Part shown: positions 1 to 12,247 of the stretch, piece by piece | How positions within the stretch are numbered: the first letter of the stretch is position 1 | Layout of the letters: each line of letters begins with the position of its first letter | Assembly: GCA_002245135.1 (NCBI GenBank) | Contig: NGBS01000004.1 | Span: forward strand, 62,001 to 126,000 | DNA from: Proteromonas lacertae | Lineage: Eukaryota | DNA length: 64,000 nucleotides | Direction of reading: 5' to 3' | Made by a program: the position numbers and the translations under genes | Notes under the pieces: generated by a model | What the model was told of the DNA's origin: nothing | The model's input: only the letters and a program-made list of their open reading frames with translations | Database searches by the model: none

Positions 1-30
1 ATATGTATTGATATATACTTCTTCTGCCAT
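1..30 (-). CDS. probable first exon (MAEE) of a gene running off the window edge
   Basis: ATG GCA GAA GAA followed by a GTATAT donor; TCAAACTT/CAAGCTT motifs at 52-75. Confidence 0.35.
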   Translation of the reverse strand, partial: MAEEVYINTY

Positions 31-166
31 TGAATTTAAAATGCAAAAAAATCAAACTTACAACAAGCCAAGCTTTTCAAAATTTAAAATCTTGAATATT
101 TTATCATGAAAAAACATTTCGCTTATAAATACATACGCTTATTAAAATTTATATTATTGACAATTT

Positions 167-2113
167 TTAATGATAATAATAAGATGCAAAATTAGTCTCA
201 CAATATGTTTTTGCTAATTGAAGAGTTAAAAACACATGTAGATAATGTGCTTCATCAGAATTTATTCTATTTGCAATAATATCATGAACTCTTTGCTTAA
301 TGCTAATACAAATAATAGAAATTATAAATAATACTTTTCACTTTTAAAAACCAGACAGATCGTTATATCTTTTCTTAAATATTTAATAGTCAAATCTGAT
401 ATTGTAAATATAGATGTTGTATCAAATCCTGTTATATCAGTAAAATCAATAATAATATAACTCAAATGCTTTTCTTTCACTAACTCTGCTTCGATTTGAT
501 TACACACTCTAATACAAGATCCAAAAAACAAAAATCCATTCATATGAAAAACCATAATACTATCTTTAAGAGTAGAACCTCTTGGAATATGATAAACATC
601 ATTTACATGATAATTTTCAACATTTGAAATGAATTGACTATCACTTGTTTGATAAATATATCTCAAGAAACAGATAACAATACCAACTGCTAATCCAATT
701 GTTATATTTGAAAATGCTGAAGAGATGAGAATAAGAAACACAATTATTTTATCAATCATATTATATTCCCACAATGAATCAAACAAAGATTCTTTAAAGA
801 AATCTATAGTCATAAATATCAATGAACCACTTAATAGAAACCTTGGAATATATCCAATAATAATCAAAGTAGATGGAATAAAGAAGAAACATCCCATTGT
901 TATTAACACAGTGATTGAAGATATTAGTGTTTTGCCTCCACATATTTCATTAAAAGCAGTATTTGCTAATACTAGTTGAGTTGGATATCCACCAACCAGT
1001 GTATTAAACAAATTTCCAATTCCATGCATTCTATATTCATCATTTAATTTAGTATTCTGTTTTAATCGATTTGCTATCATTATTGAATGAATTCCTGTGT
1101 TTAATATTGGACCAATTATTGAGGCTAATAATATTGTACTAATCTAAAACAAATAATATTATGTAAAAATACATTATTATATAACAAATTCCAAACTGGT
1201 GAATGATTATAAATAAAACTATAATATTGAGTAAATTCAATTCCTTTTATATTATCCAACAACCACAAATTACTCTGTGCATTTTCAAATGGAATATGTT
1301 TTGCATATATAACTATATGAACAATTGCTGCACTAACAAAAAACATAATAGGAAAATTGTATGGATTTGGCATAAACTGTTTTAATATAAATAAAGTACA
1401 ACCAAATATATGCGGTATTAAAAAATGCCATATTTGGCTATGAAATATTAAGTTAAAACTAAATGATTCACCATATTGTATTTCGTAATAACTTACATAA
1501 CTATTCATAACAATAGAAATATATATATATATATTATATACCAAAAATAACCTATTGATGCAAAAACACCTGATCTTACAGGAAGTGGAATATTTTGAAC
1601 AATAGAAGCAATTTTTAATGCACCAAGTAAATAAACAGTTAAACCAGATATAAACGACACAGAAGCACATATGAACAAAACACTTACAACCTTTTCTTCC
1701 ACTTTTATATCACTCATTTCTGATATTGTTATAAACAATGGTGATATAATGCTTGCTGCTTCAAAACTGTTTGTTACTACTGCTATTTTATAATTTCCTA
1801 ACAGAATAGCAAATATTTGCACTGTTATTACACCAATCAAACAATGAATAAATGATATATATGAATATCTATTTATATTCATCATAAAATCAATACTTAG
1901 TTAAATCACCTCTATATAATAACTGTGATACAGAAATAACATCAACCAACACAAACGATGATCTATTTACTTAATAAATTATTAATACGTTAAAACACCT
2001 GAAATTATATCTTGAATCACAGTAACAGATGCATTCTTTATGAATTTACTATCTAATGATATACTTTTCTTTTCATTAGAATTAATAGGTAATAATAATT
2101 GACTGTTACTCAT
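167..2113 (-). CDS. SulP/SLC26-family anion transporter with C-terminal STAS domain, multi-exon
   Basis: ORFs 1505-1885, 1125-1670 and 322-1080 join via GT-AG introns (e.g. 1501-1541). Many TM segments; STAS motifs GFLFFGS and IIIDFTDITGFDTTS. Confidence 0.85.
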
Positions 2114-2884
2114 GTTATAAACAAAAAACAATTCTTTTTATTAAAATTATATCCGTTTTATATAAGACAAATGCTAGAGACGACATATCAACCAAATATT
2201 ATGAGAATAAATCATAATATAACATCTAATAAATCTGAAAAAACAAAAAAAATCTAGCCTCTAATTATTGTCTTTTTTATAGAACCATGTATTACAAAAA
2301 ATATATGTTCGTTAATATAGAATAGTCAATATACATTGCACAAATGACATTAATTAGCACTTAACTTATCAAAATTTTGCGATGAAAGTTAAGCTTACTA
2401 CTATTATTACAGTTTCACTTTCTATTTAAAACAAGCATAATATTAATGATGGCTAAATTATAATTGTTTTAGCGATTAATTATATAACATTATAGAGATA
2501 AGAAACAAACTCATAAGACCAACAGAGATGCATAGAATGAACCATTTTAAAGAATAAAATTAGTAATTGCTAGATAATTTGTTAATTCGTGTAACAGTTG
2601 CCTTATGTACAATAATTGAACGATTTGATTATATAGAAGTGTTTTTATATAATAATGAAATAAGAACTTGTAGATAGGGAAGCACACATAATAGATATTT
2701 TATGAAGAATAATTGTGATGTTTACAAAATTAATCGATGTTATGTGTATTTTCGTTTTTATTTCTACAAAATAACGAATTCTACTAAAAGCAAGAATAAA
2801 TATAGATTTACACTATGACTTTTTATTGGCTGTTTTTAAAAATACATTCAATTTGAAAATAACGGTTTAACACACACTTGATCA

Positions 2885-3763
2885 ATGAAAGAATTAATCA
2901 GCTCAGTGAACATAACAAATAACACTACACAAAAGGATTACAAAGATTTTTTACCAGATCTAAATCAATATACTCTAACTGACAGTGAACATTCATTCAT
3001 ATCATTATATGATATATATTCTAAGAATATGAACTCAAGCGCCCCATTATATTCGAGCAACAGTAACTTTGAAAATCAATTTACCTATTACAGCGATTAT
3101 GAAGACATATATACCTCGTCACTAGATTCAATAGAATCAAAAAAATGCTGCAGCTATGATAAAGGTAATAATATACCTTTTTTGTCTGATGAGTATTGCA
3201 GCTATCAGCAAACTGTTAGTAATAATTATTTAACAAAAAGTCAGACGCAAAATGTATCACACCCAGAGATTAAAAAATCAGAACCATCTGAAGATATTCC
3301 AAGATTTGAAGAGAGTATACTAGAAGAGGATTCAGAAACTGCATATCATCAGTTGGAATCATGTGATGATGATATTAGCTCACAATTAGAAGAGGATGAT
3401 GAGTTGTTAGACCTTACATTAGTTAAAATAATGAAAGAGAAATTATTACAAACCGAAAAATGTCAAGACTGTAGAAAAACATACAATAGAGAAGCATTAG
3501 TAGTTTACTGCGACAAACCTATTTGTTTAAAGTGTCTTTTAAAAATTAGCAGAGATGAATGGAGTAAGGTCAGAGATAGAGAATGGAAAAAGACAGAACA
3601 CAAATTTACACGTAAATGCCCACACTGTAATGCCAAACGAAGTTTTTACAGGTTTCAGTTAAATGTTACTACTATGTCCTATCAATATTGTTCCTATTGT
3701 AAAATCAAAAAAGCATGGAGATACATCACAGAGAAGAAAAATATTAAAAGAAAAAGGTTTTGA
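2885..3763 (+). CDS. intronless protein with acidic N-terminus and Cys-rich putative zinc-binding C-terminus (paralog 1, divergent)
   Basis: 292-aa ORF; CQDC..C..CLKC..CPHC..CSYC pattern shared with the next two ORFs. Confidence 0.75.
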   Translation: MKELISSVNITNNTTQKDYKDFLPDLNQYTLTDSEHSFISLYDIYSKNMNSSAPLYSSNSNFENQFTYYSDYEDIYTSSLDSIESKKCCSYDKGNNIPFLSDEYCSYQQTVSNNYLTKSQTQNVSHPEIKKSEPSEDIPRFEESILEEDSETAYHQLESCDDDISSQLEEDDELLDLTLVKIMKEKLLQTEKCQDCRKTYNREALVVYCDKPICLKCLLKISRDEWSKVRDREWKKTEHKFTRKCPHCNAKRSFYRFQLNVTTMSYQYCSYCKIKKAWRYITEKKNIKRKRF

Positions 3764-4139
3764 TGTGACATAAATGGCTAGATAAAAACGCTTAATCGTA
3801 TTAAATATGTTACCCTTTTTTAAAAAGACAGTAACAGCATGAAATTCATTCATATTAGTAGTTAATTATTGTGATTTAAATAAAAATATATACTAAAATA
3901 TATCCGTTTCATTTTAATAGTTTCAATTATTCTTATATATATATTAAAGAGATATGAAATAACACTGGATATGTTAATAATAACTATTATAAATACAAAA
4001 TTAGCTATTATATAATAATGTAGTCAGTAAATTTGGTTTATTGATTTTGTTTTTCTTTTAGCAAACCTAAAAGCTTGACAATTATTAACCATTATTTTTT
4101 ACTTTATATAGATAAGATTCTCTTAAGGTTTTCACTACA

Positions 4140-4823
4140 ATGAACCAGGATGATATCAACTTTGATTTTGTCAGTAATCCAGAAAAAACTATTGATGATG
4201 TGAAATATGATATACAAGAATTGACATACAATAATGACCACACTACAGACAATGACAATGTTAATGACTTTTCTTCACTAAATATTATGAATATAATGAT
4301 TAATGAAGATTTAGATTTAGAAGAACCACTTTCACCATCTATGCCATATTGCTGTTGCGCTAAAAATTATAGCAATATATTAAATAATACTCTAACTGAC
4401 AAGTATGTTAAATATAGAAAAATAGTGGAATCTATAAAAGATAGGAGTAACGTAATGAAATTAAATGTTGATGAAAATATAAAGACTCTAATTAATCAAC
4501 TCAGGAACGAGTACTCACAGCAATTAGTGAAATGTTCATTTTGCAAGCGCAAAGTATCCATTGAAATTGTATTTAAATGTTTATGTAATGGCGATACAAT
4601 TTGTAGGATTTGTGCTAAAAAGCAAAAGTATAGACATGATGGAGTCTTACAGGACTATGTTGAAGAAGAGCCTTACAAGAAATATTGTATTAAATGTAAA
4701 AGATGCCATAAATATAGAGAAATAAATCAATTTAGAGTTATTGAATTGAATGGAGTTAATAGAATAACATACTGTAAGTTTTGTAGTAATTTGAGATACT
4801 TGAAAAGCAAAAGAAGTATGTGA
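4140..4823 (+). CDS. intronless Cys-rich putative zinc-binding protein (paralog 2)
   Basis: CSFC..C..CRIC..CKRC..CKFC; C-terminal half closely similar to 5394-6035. Confidence 0.8.
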   Translation: MNQDDINFDFVSNPEKTIDDVKYDIQELTYNNDHTTDNDNVNDFSSLNIMNIMINEDLDLEEPLSPSMPYCCCAKNYSNILNNTLTDKYVKYRKIVESIKDRSNVMKLNVDENIKTLINQLRNEYSQQLVKCSFCKRKVSIEIVFKCLCNGDTICRICAKKQKYRHDGVLQDYVEEEPYKKYCIKCKRCHKYREINQFRVIELNGVNRITYCKFCSNLRYLKSKRSM

Positions 4824-5041
4824 CTGTAGTGATTGATTATAAATAAAGGCTTATAAATAATTAACAATCCATTAAACTAATATTTCTTACAATGTAACAA
4901 ATTTGTTTTTTAGTTATTGCTAATGCATAAAATACTACAGAGTTGTTTTTAATAAAACAAATTTTAGTTGAAGTCACTTATTAACTCATTTTATTTAAAA
5001 AATAGAACAACTTGGAATAATAGTTATAAAGCTATTGTACA

Positions 5042-5042
<1 letters not shown>

Positions 5043-5075
<33 letters not shown>
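5043..5075. repeat. (TA)n microsatellite
   Basis: about 16 perfect TA units. Confidence 0.95.
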
Positions 5076-5078
<3 letters not shown>

Positions 5079-5393
5079 ACAATTGATATAGCAACTTATT
5101 TCTTTTGTAATATTTAAACATTTTTAAATCTGGTCCATGATAATATTATATGTTCTAATTGCAAAATATAATACTGTTGAATATGTTTTTGAATTATTGT
5201 AATTGCCTTAACTCAGTTTATGGTAAAAGAAATAATAGATACAGCTATAAATGCATGTTGTGTGGCTTGTACACTTTAATTTAAGATACTTAGGAGAAGA
5301 TTAAATCAAACCGTAAGTTTTAATGAAATTTAACCTTAATTTTTTTAACTAAATTCTTTTAGTTATTAACAGTTATATATTATTTTAAAAATC

Positions 5394-6035
5394 ATGAATC
5401 AGTATAACAGTACCTTTAATAAAACATATGATAATACTAACAGCCAAGTTGTTGATGATTACAATTTGTCTGATCTAATTGTAAATGATGTGTGTTTTGA
5501 TGATTACTACTATTACCAGACACAGAACATATCAGAAGAGAAAAATGTAATGAATTCTGAAGACTCTATTTTTCTAAAACCTCCAGAAATGACTAATAAA
5601 CTTACACATTTAGACATAAGCAGCAAGTATATTAAGTACGAAGAAATAATAGAAAGCATGAAAAAAAATAGTTTTGCAAGTAATCTAAAAGTTGATTTAA
5701 ACATTAAATATTTACTTAATCAATTGAGAGAAGAATATTCACAAAAATTAATAAAGTGTTCATTTTGTGATAAATATAAATCAATAGATATTATTTTTAG
5801 GTGCAAGGCTTCGGATAAAGTAATATGCAGAGTATGTGCTAAAGTGATGGGCTACAAACATAAATCACACTTGCTGGACTATGTTGAAGAAGTTCCAAAC
5901 AAAAAATACTGTCTTAAATGTAAAAGATGTCATAAATATAGAGAAATTAACCAGTTTAGAGTTATAGAATGGCATAAAGAAAACCATATAACATATTGCA
6001 AATTCTGTTGCAATTTGAGATATTTAAACTACTGA
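5394..6035 (+). CDS. intronless Cys-rich putative zinc-binding protein (paralog 3)
   Basis: shares KCKRCHKYREINQFRVIE and ITYCKFC with paralog 2. Confidence 0.8.
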   Translation: MNQYNSTFNKTYDNTNSQVVDDYNLSDLIVNDVCFDDYYYYQTQNISEEKNVMNSEDSIFLKPPEMTNKLTHLDISSKYIKYEEIIESMKKNSFASNLKVDLNIKYLLNQLREEYSQKLIKCSFCDKYKSIDIIFRCKASDKVICRVCAKVMGYKHKSHLLDYVEEVPNKKYCLKCKRCHKYREINQFRVIEWHKENHITYCKFCCNLRYLNY

Positions 6036-6175
6036 AATGAAAAACACACTACATAGTGTAGATGCTGAATTTCTATTAATAAATATTTGTAGATTTATTC
6101 TTTAATAGAAATTTTTAATTTCCCTATATTTGCACATAATATAAAACAATCAATAAAAAAACATATTTCAGTTAA

Positions 6176-7453
6176 TCAATATTTAACACTATCGTCAATA
6201 TATTTATATCTTTTAGAATCTATAAAACATTCATCACTTTGCATCTTTCTTTTAGTACATATTCCACTATTAAAATGGAAATCTTTTCTAATAAATCTAT
6301 AACAATTGATCAAAATATCTGAATCAATATAAGGTATTGTTTCAATCATCTCTCTTTCACTTAAATTCATAAAACTCTTCAAACTTACACAAGCCAATAT
6401 AACTCCAGCAGAAAACAAATTTAAATATGGAATATTTGAGAGTAAATAGTCTTCTATAGATTCATCTAAGAGCAACCATTCTCTATTATAATATTCATCG
6501 ATTTTCCATACATTTGATTTATTACTGTTATAATCAATAATATCTCTAATATTATGTGCTATATCATCTTCATTGATAACATATCGAAATATTAAATATG
6601 AATGCAACGGTAAGCAATAATTAATCAGTAACTGAATACCAGCAAAATATGGAAATGATATAGAAGTAGGTATATAAATTAAGCAATATATTTGTTGATA
6701 TTTCAAAACTAATAACGATAAATCATTATATAATGATATTATATTTTCTTTTGATTCAATAATATTTCTATTAATTATACATATTCCAGTAGATTCATCA
6801 ATAATAAAATCAATAGGATATGATATAGATCGATCTAATAGTTTGATATTATATATATTCATTAATATATTGATTAGTTTATCATTCTGAAGTTCTTTTT
6901 CGGATATAAAGATGGTTATTTGTCTGTATTGTTTTCTATTAGTATTATCTTTATAATTCTCTTTATTGATTATAATATCTCCATTCATTAATCTATTCTT
7001 AAAACGGTTTAATTCATATAAATGTGATGGTAATAAGAGTGTCCTGTAATTATCTGATAATATGAAATTGTCTATACATTCAACTATTCTGTTGGTATTA
7101 TTATCATTATTGTCATTATTATTATACTCTATTAGAACTCTTAATAGATTTAAATATATCAAATATTGTAATGATTTTATTAATTCATCTTTTACTATCT
7201 TACTATTGTATTTCTGATTACATTCTTTAAGTTTAAATTGTGTTGATTCTATTGTTTTTCTATTAAGAATATGTTACTATAAAATATACTTTAATTCTGA
7301 TGATTCAATATCTATTAAATTGCTTGAGATGTTTGTATAATTATGTTCTTTTAAATAGGCTATAACTGGATCTGATAATATCTGTAATTCATTCAAATAA
7401 TATGATTTATTATCATTGTTTTTGTGTGTTGGAAGAATTGATAATGGTTTTAT

Positions 7454-7484
<31 letters not shown>

Positions 7485-9162
7485 TTATTGGTTGAATATA
7501 ACATCATTATACTATAAATATTAATTATATATATTATATACTCATCATAATAACTATCATTATCATTACATGGATTTGTAGGAGGTTGTAGAATTGGGCG
7601 TAGTTGTGCTTCTACTGGTTGTTCTACTGGTTGTATTTGTGGTTGTATATCTAATTTGATCTTTTTAGTTACTGGTTCATCATCATCATCATTATCTATA
7701 TGTATATCAACATTATAATTATCACCATCACTTTCACTATCAGATATAACTATTGATGTTTGTTTCATATTCACTGAATCAATGTAATTAAATAATATTA
7801 TATCTTCATGTAATGGCTTATATTTATCTTCATAAATCTTAATATCATTATATTCACTAGAAAATGATAAAGACACACCCAATATAGGTAAATGAATCTA
7901 TTTAATTATATATATATATATATATATATACTTGTAGTAAATTAATATTAATATATTTATATTTGCTACTTCTTTCTATTAATGATAAATGGTTAAACGT
8001 GATTGGTGGATCATTTATTGTAATATTTGGTAATGTAAAAACATTATCTTGATCATATACTTTGTAAATACCTTTCTATTAAATTCTTATATATATATAT
8101 ATACATCTTCATTACTATATAATTCTGACAGTATATTCAATATTGATTTATTATTATTATTATTTGTAGTAGTTTCAATCGGTTTGAATTTAGTGAAATA
8201 TATACCTAAACTTAATGAATTAATAATAGATGTTGATGGTAGTGTTAATAAATGAGGTGAATATATCACACTATCATTATCAATATAATGATATTCATCT
8301 CTATTACTAATATTATCATTATCATTATATAATATATCAACTATTGAGAAACTGTCTTTATTTGTATTATTTGTGTATTTTACTATATTATATATTTTGA
8401 CATTATTGTATAATTCTTTCTTGTATATGTCTGGAAATAGTTTGAATGTATTTAAATAATTTGTTAATGAGGTTACTAATATTATATATATATTATAATA
8501 ACAATAATTATTATACAGTCGAATAATTGTGGTATATTCTCCTCACTGTAATATTTTATTTTTATATTAGAATAATTATCTAATACTTCGTAAGGTAAAG
8601 TTAGATGTTTATTATTATCACCATTATTATCATCATCATCATATTGTATTGACTGTATTATATCTATTGTATTGTGTATTATTTCAGGTTTGGATGGTTG
8701 ATATATTCTCAATTGGTCATAGTCTATTAGTTCATGTTTATCTTTCAGTTCAATGGCTTCAAATTGATCTTTAACACGGTCTAACATGATCAATGGTTTT
8801 ATAATGTCTAAAGGTAAGTCTATTACTTGAGGTAAAGTAATCAAGCCTTCTTCATCATCTTTTTCTATGGAAAATATATAATTACTATTGCTCTTCTCAT
8901 TATATAATGGTTTGTTGTAAAGCTCAGGCATTTCTACTAATGGAAGCTCAGTTGTTGGTTTATCTACTTATTAACACAATTTATCAGTACCTATTTCAAC
9001 AGTAACATAATCTTCCATATTTATCGCATTAATTAGTGAGTAATTTACATTCTCAACTTCATTGCTTTGAGGTAGCATTAACCTTCGTATTTTTTCTTCT
9101 TCATCCCAATATTTTCTGCTCAAATCCGCGAAATAATCAATGTTTCTCTTCTTTAATTTCAT
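6176..9162 (-). CDS. SHOC1: SHOC1/Zip2-like meiotic crossover protein (XPF-like fold plus HhH), multi-exon
   Basis: N-terminal RNIDYF; C-terminal LLDRSISYPIDFIIDESTGICII and LLSNIPYLNLFSAGVIL HhH-like segment; ORF pieces join by short introns. Confidence 0.65.
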
Positions 9163-9245
9163 CAAAAACAATCAAATCACTTTTTTTCAAACTTAAAAAC
9201 AGATTTTCATACACCCAAAATATTAAAAAACAACAAAAACACAGT

Positions 9246-10883
9246 TTAATGATATTCTGAATAAATGATTCTAATAGATTGTGGATATGGTGAATAAAAT
9301 ATAACGATTGGTGAAATAGGGGTTATAATATTCTTTAGAGTATAAGAATGAGAGTCATCAATAGTATAAACAACTGTCTTTTCATCTAAATCAATAAGCA
9401 TTTCAACATACACAAATCCACTCTCTTTTTTATAAAAACCATTCGCAATTTCTTTATTGTTATTGAAAAAACTACCTTCTTCTACAGAATAAACGAATAA
9501 ACCATTACTGACAAATGGATCAGTTATATTTTTTACATTATTACACCCACCAATGCAAATGTCTTTATCACCATCTTCAACAACAAGCTTAATCTGTAAT
9601 TTACCTTTTTCTAAATATGATTTACCAATACAACAAAAACCAAAAGGTGAAATATTTGAATTACGACTGGATTGAGCTACAAGAAGATCTGAACTGACAC
9701 TAACATGTTCAGTTGTTGTATTTGGATTAAATTTCAAATTGGTAGTTCCAACTGAAGGGGAAGATGAAGATGATACTTTTGATTCTTCAAATGTACAAGA
9801 TTGTGGTTTTATTTCTAATAAATATATAATAATAATAATTTTATACTTCTTTGACTTGGACTATTCAAATCTGTCAAAATTCTCATTGATTTGCTACAAT
9901 TGAAATTTCTTTTTTCTTGAGTAAATGTAAATTGAACTAATAAATATAATATAAATAATATATTATAAATATACTATCATTTGTATTTCTAGTTTCAGCA
10001 TCAATACAACTTATATATCCACTGCATTCATTTGGAGTATTAACAATCTTATCAATTGCAGTATGTAGATCCTTAGCTGATATTCTTTCATTCTCATTTC
10101 TAGACAAACACTGTGAAACAATATTCTCTATTGAAGGTGGTAAATTATCAAACTTTAAAGACATTGGGTTTTTCATATAATCAATAATAGAATAAACATG
10201 AGGAAATGGAGTAATAAACCCATTATACAGTGTATACATTAACACTCCAATTGCCCAAATATCAACAGATGAAGTGATTTCTTTCTTTTGGAATAATTCA
10301 GGTGACATATATTGAGTTTCAGGGTCATATAATAACACTGAATTGTAGAATATTAAATCACTGAATGTATAACCACCTACTAACACACTTTGATCTCTTG
10401 TGATCATTATAGCTGATGGTCTTACTTTTCTATGGATTAAATGATTTGAGTGAATTTCTAAAATAGCTTCACTGATTTGTAGCATCCATCTGTTTATACA
10501 CTATATGATACATGTTATGTAAAAAAATATTATACTTCTCTTGATAAACCAGAGGTTGTTCTTGAAAATTCATCCAATTTGTTGTAGAGTGATCCATTTT
10601 GAATATACTCCTGTGATACCAATATTCTATCTGGAGTGACATAATAGTTGTATATTTGTATTAAATGACGAGATCTCATTTTCATTACTGCTTCAATCTA
10701 ACAATATATCCAAAAACTATTTTTAAATACTTCATTCTGTAGTTGTCTAATATCAGATGATGGTAATATGGCTGTTGATATCTTCTGAATTGTTACTATC
10801 TTGTCATCGTCAGATCGTCTTCCCTTCCAAAAAGCATACGTAGATCCATTACTTAATTTTTCATCAAAACAAAAATGTTCCAT
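9246..10883 (-). CDS. NEK-like pseudokinase with C-terminal SPRY/B30.2-like domain, multi-exon
   Basis: YMSPE and DIWAIG retained, HRD replaced by HRK, no DFG; C-terminal EMLIDLDEKTVVYTID..PISPIV is SPRY-like. Confidence 0.7.
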
Positions 10884-11028
10884 TTGTTAGATCCTTCTTA
10901 TTGAAAAGATAATTTGTGTAACGATTATATTTTTTAAACTTTCAAAAATTGAAGAAACAACAAATGTTCGAAAATAATATAATAAAATTAATCATATCAC
11001 TAACTATAGGAATACTTATAAATATTAT

Positions 11029-12057
11029 TTAAATGTGATTTGAATTTTGAAAATTCATCAACAGATTTCCACTCTCTGAATTCCCTGTACCTGGTAGAGG
11101 TTCTAATACTGACCCAGACTGTGGTAGGAATTGTGTATAAACACCCAACTGTTGATTTATCATATTAGGGTGAGAAGAGTATTGATCTAAATCTGGACCG
11201 TCTTCAACTATAGGATCTTCTTCATCTTTCTTTGTTGGAGATTTTTTCATGTTTGTATAAACACAACAATTAGTACATTTGGACATCATCTTTTTCAACT
11301 CTGATAATTCATGTTTAAGCTGTCTATTCTGATCCATTAAACCTTTTATCGTTGCTTCTTGTTTTTGTGATTTTTCTTTTGCTCTTTTCTGTTGTTTTAC
11401 CAACCTTTCTCTTAACTGTTGTTCAGAGTTACTGTTTTTGCCATCTGTTTCATGCCATAACCTCACATGCTTTCTTAGACTCTTAGGACTCATAAAATTC
11501 TTACCACAACCTGGATATTTACACTGATAAGGATTTCCTTCCTGATGAATTCTTAAGTGAAATTCTAAATATTCTTTCCCTTTAAATGATTTACCACATC
11601 CTTCATAAGTACAATGATATGGTCTTTCTTCAGAATGGGAGTTCATATGACGATTCATAGCGGATTTTTCAGCAAAAGCTTTCATACATCCTTGAACAGG
11701 ACAAGTGAATGGTTTATCTCCTGTATGAGTTCTTAAATGTCTATTTAAAGCCCATCTACTGTCAAAGCTTTTTGTACAACCATCAAAATTACATACATGG
11801 CTTTTAAGTTTACGACCTTGCATTTGAATCATTTGATCCTTCTGAATCATTTGCATCGACATATCAATTTGATTCTGTTGACTCATTAAAGGTAAAGGCA
11901 CTTGAATTTGATTTGTATTCATGGATGGCATATTCAATTTGCCATAAGCTAAAGATTGCGGTTCGTATGATTGAGCATAGGTATAAGAGTTATTGTAGTT
12001 ACTTAGCGAGTCCCTAGTTTTATTAAAGTCCGAACAATACATAGCAGCATCTTGCAT
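11029..12057 (-). CDS. C2H2 zinc-finger transcription factor (4 fingers plus coiled coil)
   Basis: four Cx4C..Hx3-4H fingers with TGDKP/SEERP linkers; Q/M-rich N-terminus. Confidence 0.9.
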   Translation of the reverse strand: MQDAAMYCSDFNKTRDSLSNYNNSYTYAQSYEPQSLAYGKLNMPSMNTNQIQVPLPLMSQQNQIDMSMQMIQKDQMIQMQGRKLKSHVCNFDGCTKSFDSRWALNRHLRTHTGDKPFTCPVQGCMKAFAEKSAMNRHMNSHSEERPYHCTYEGCGKSFKGKEYLEFHLRIHQEGNPYQCKYPGCGKNFMSPKSLRKHVRLWHETDGKNSNSEQQLRERLVKQQKRAKEKSQKQEATIKGLMDQNRQLKHELSELKKMMSKCTNCCVYTNMKKSPTKKDEEDPIVEDGPDLDQYSSHPNMINQQLGVYTQFLPQSGSVLEPLPGTGNSESGNLLMNFQNSNHI

Positions 12058-12247
12058 CCTTTACTATAATAGCTATATGAAATATAAGATAGATAAAGAG
12101 AAATTAATAAAAGAAAATTTGAATAATCAAAAAGCTTGTTGGCTTGGTAATATTACATAAATGACAAATAATGTGTAACATCAAAATAAACATTATTAAA
12201 CAATTATAAACTTTAAACTAAAACTTAATTCATATTATTAATCACAA

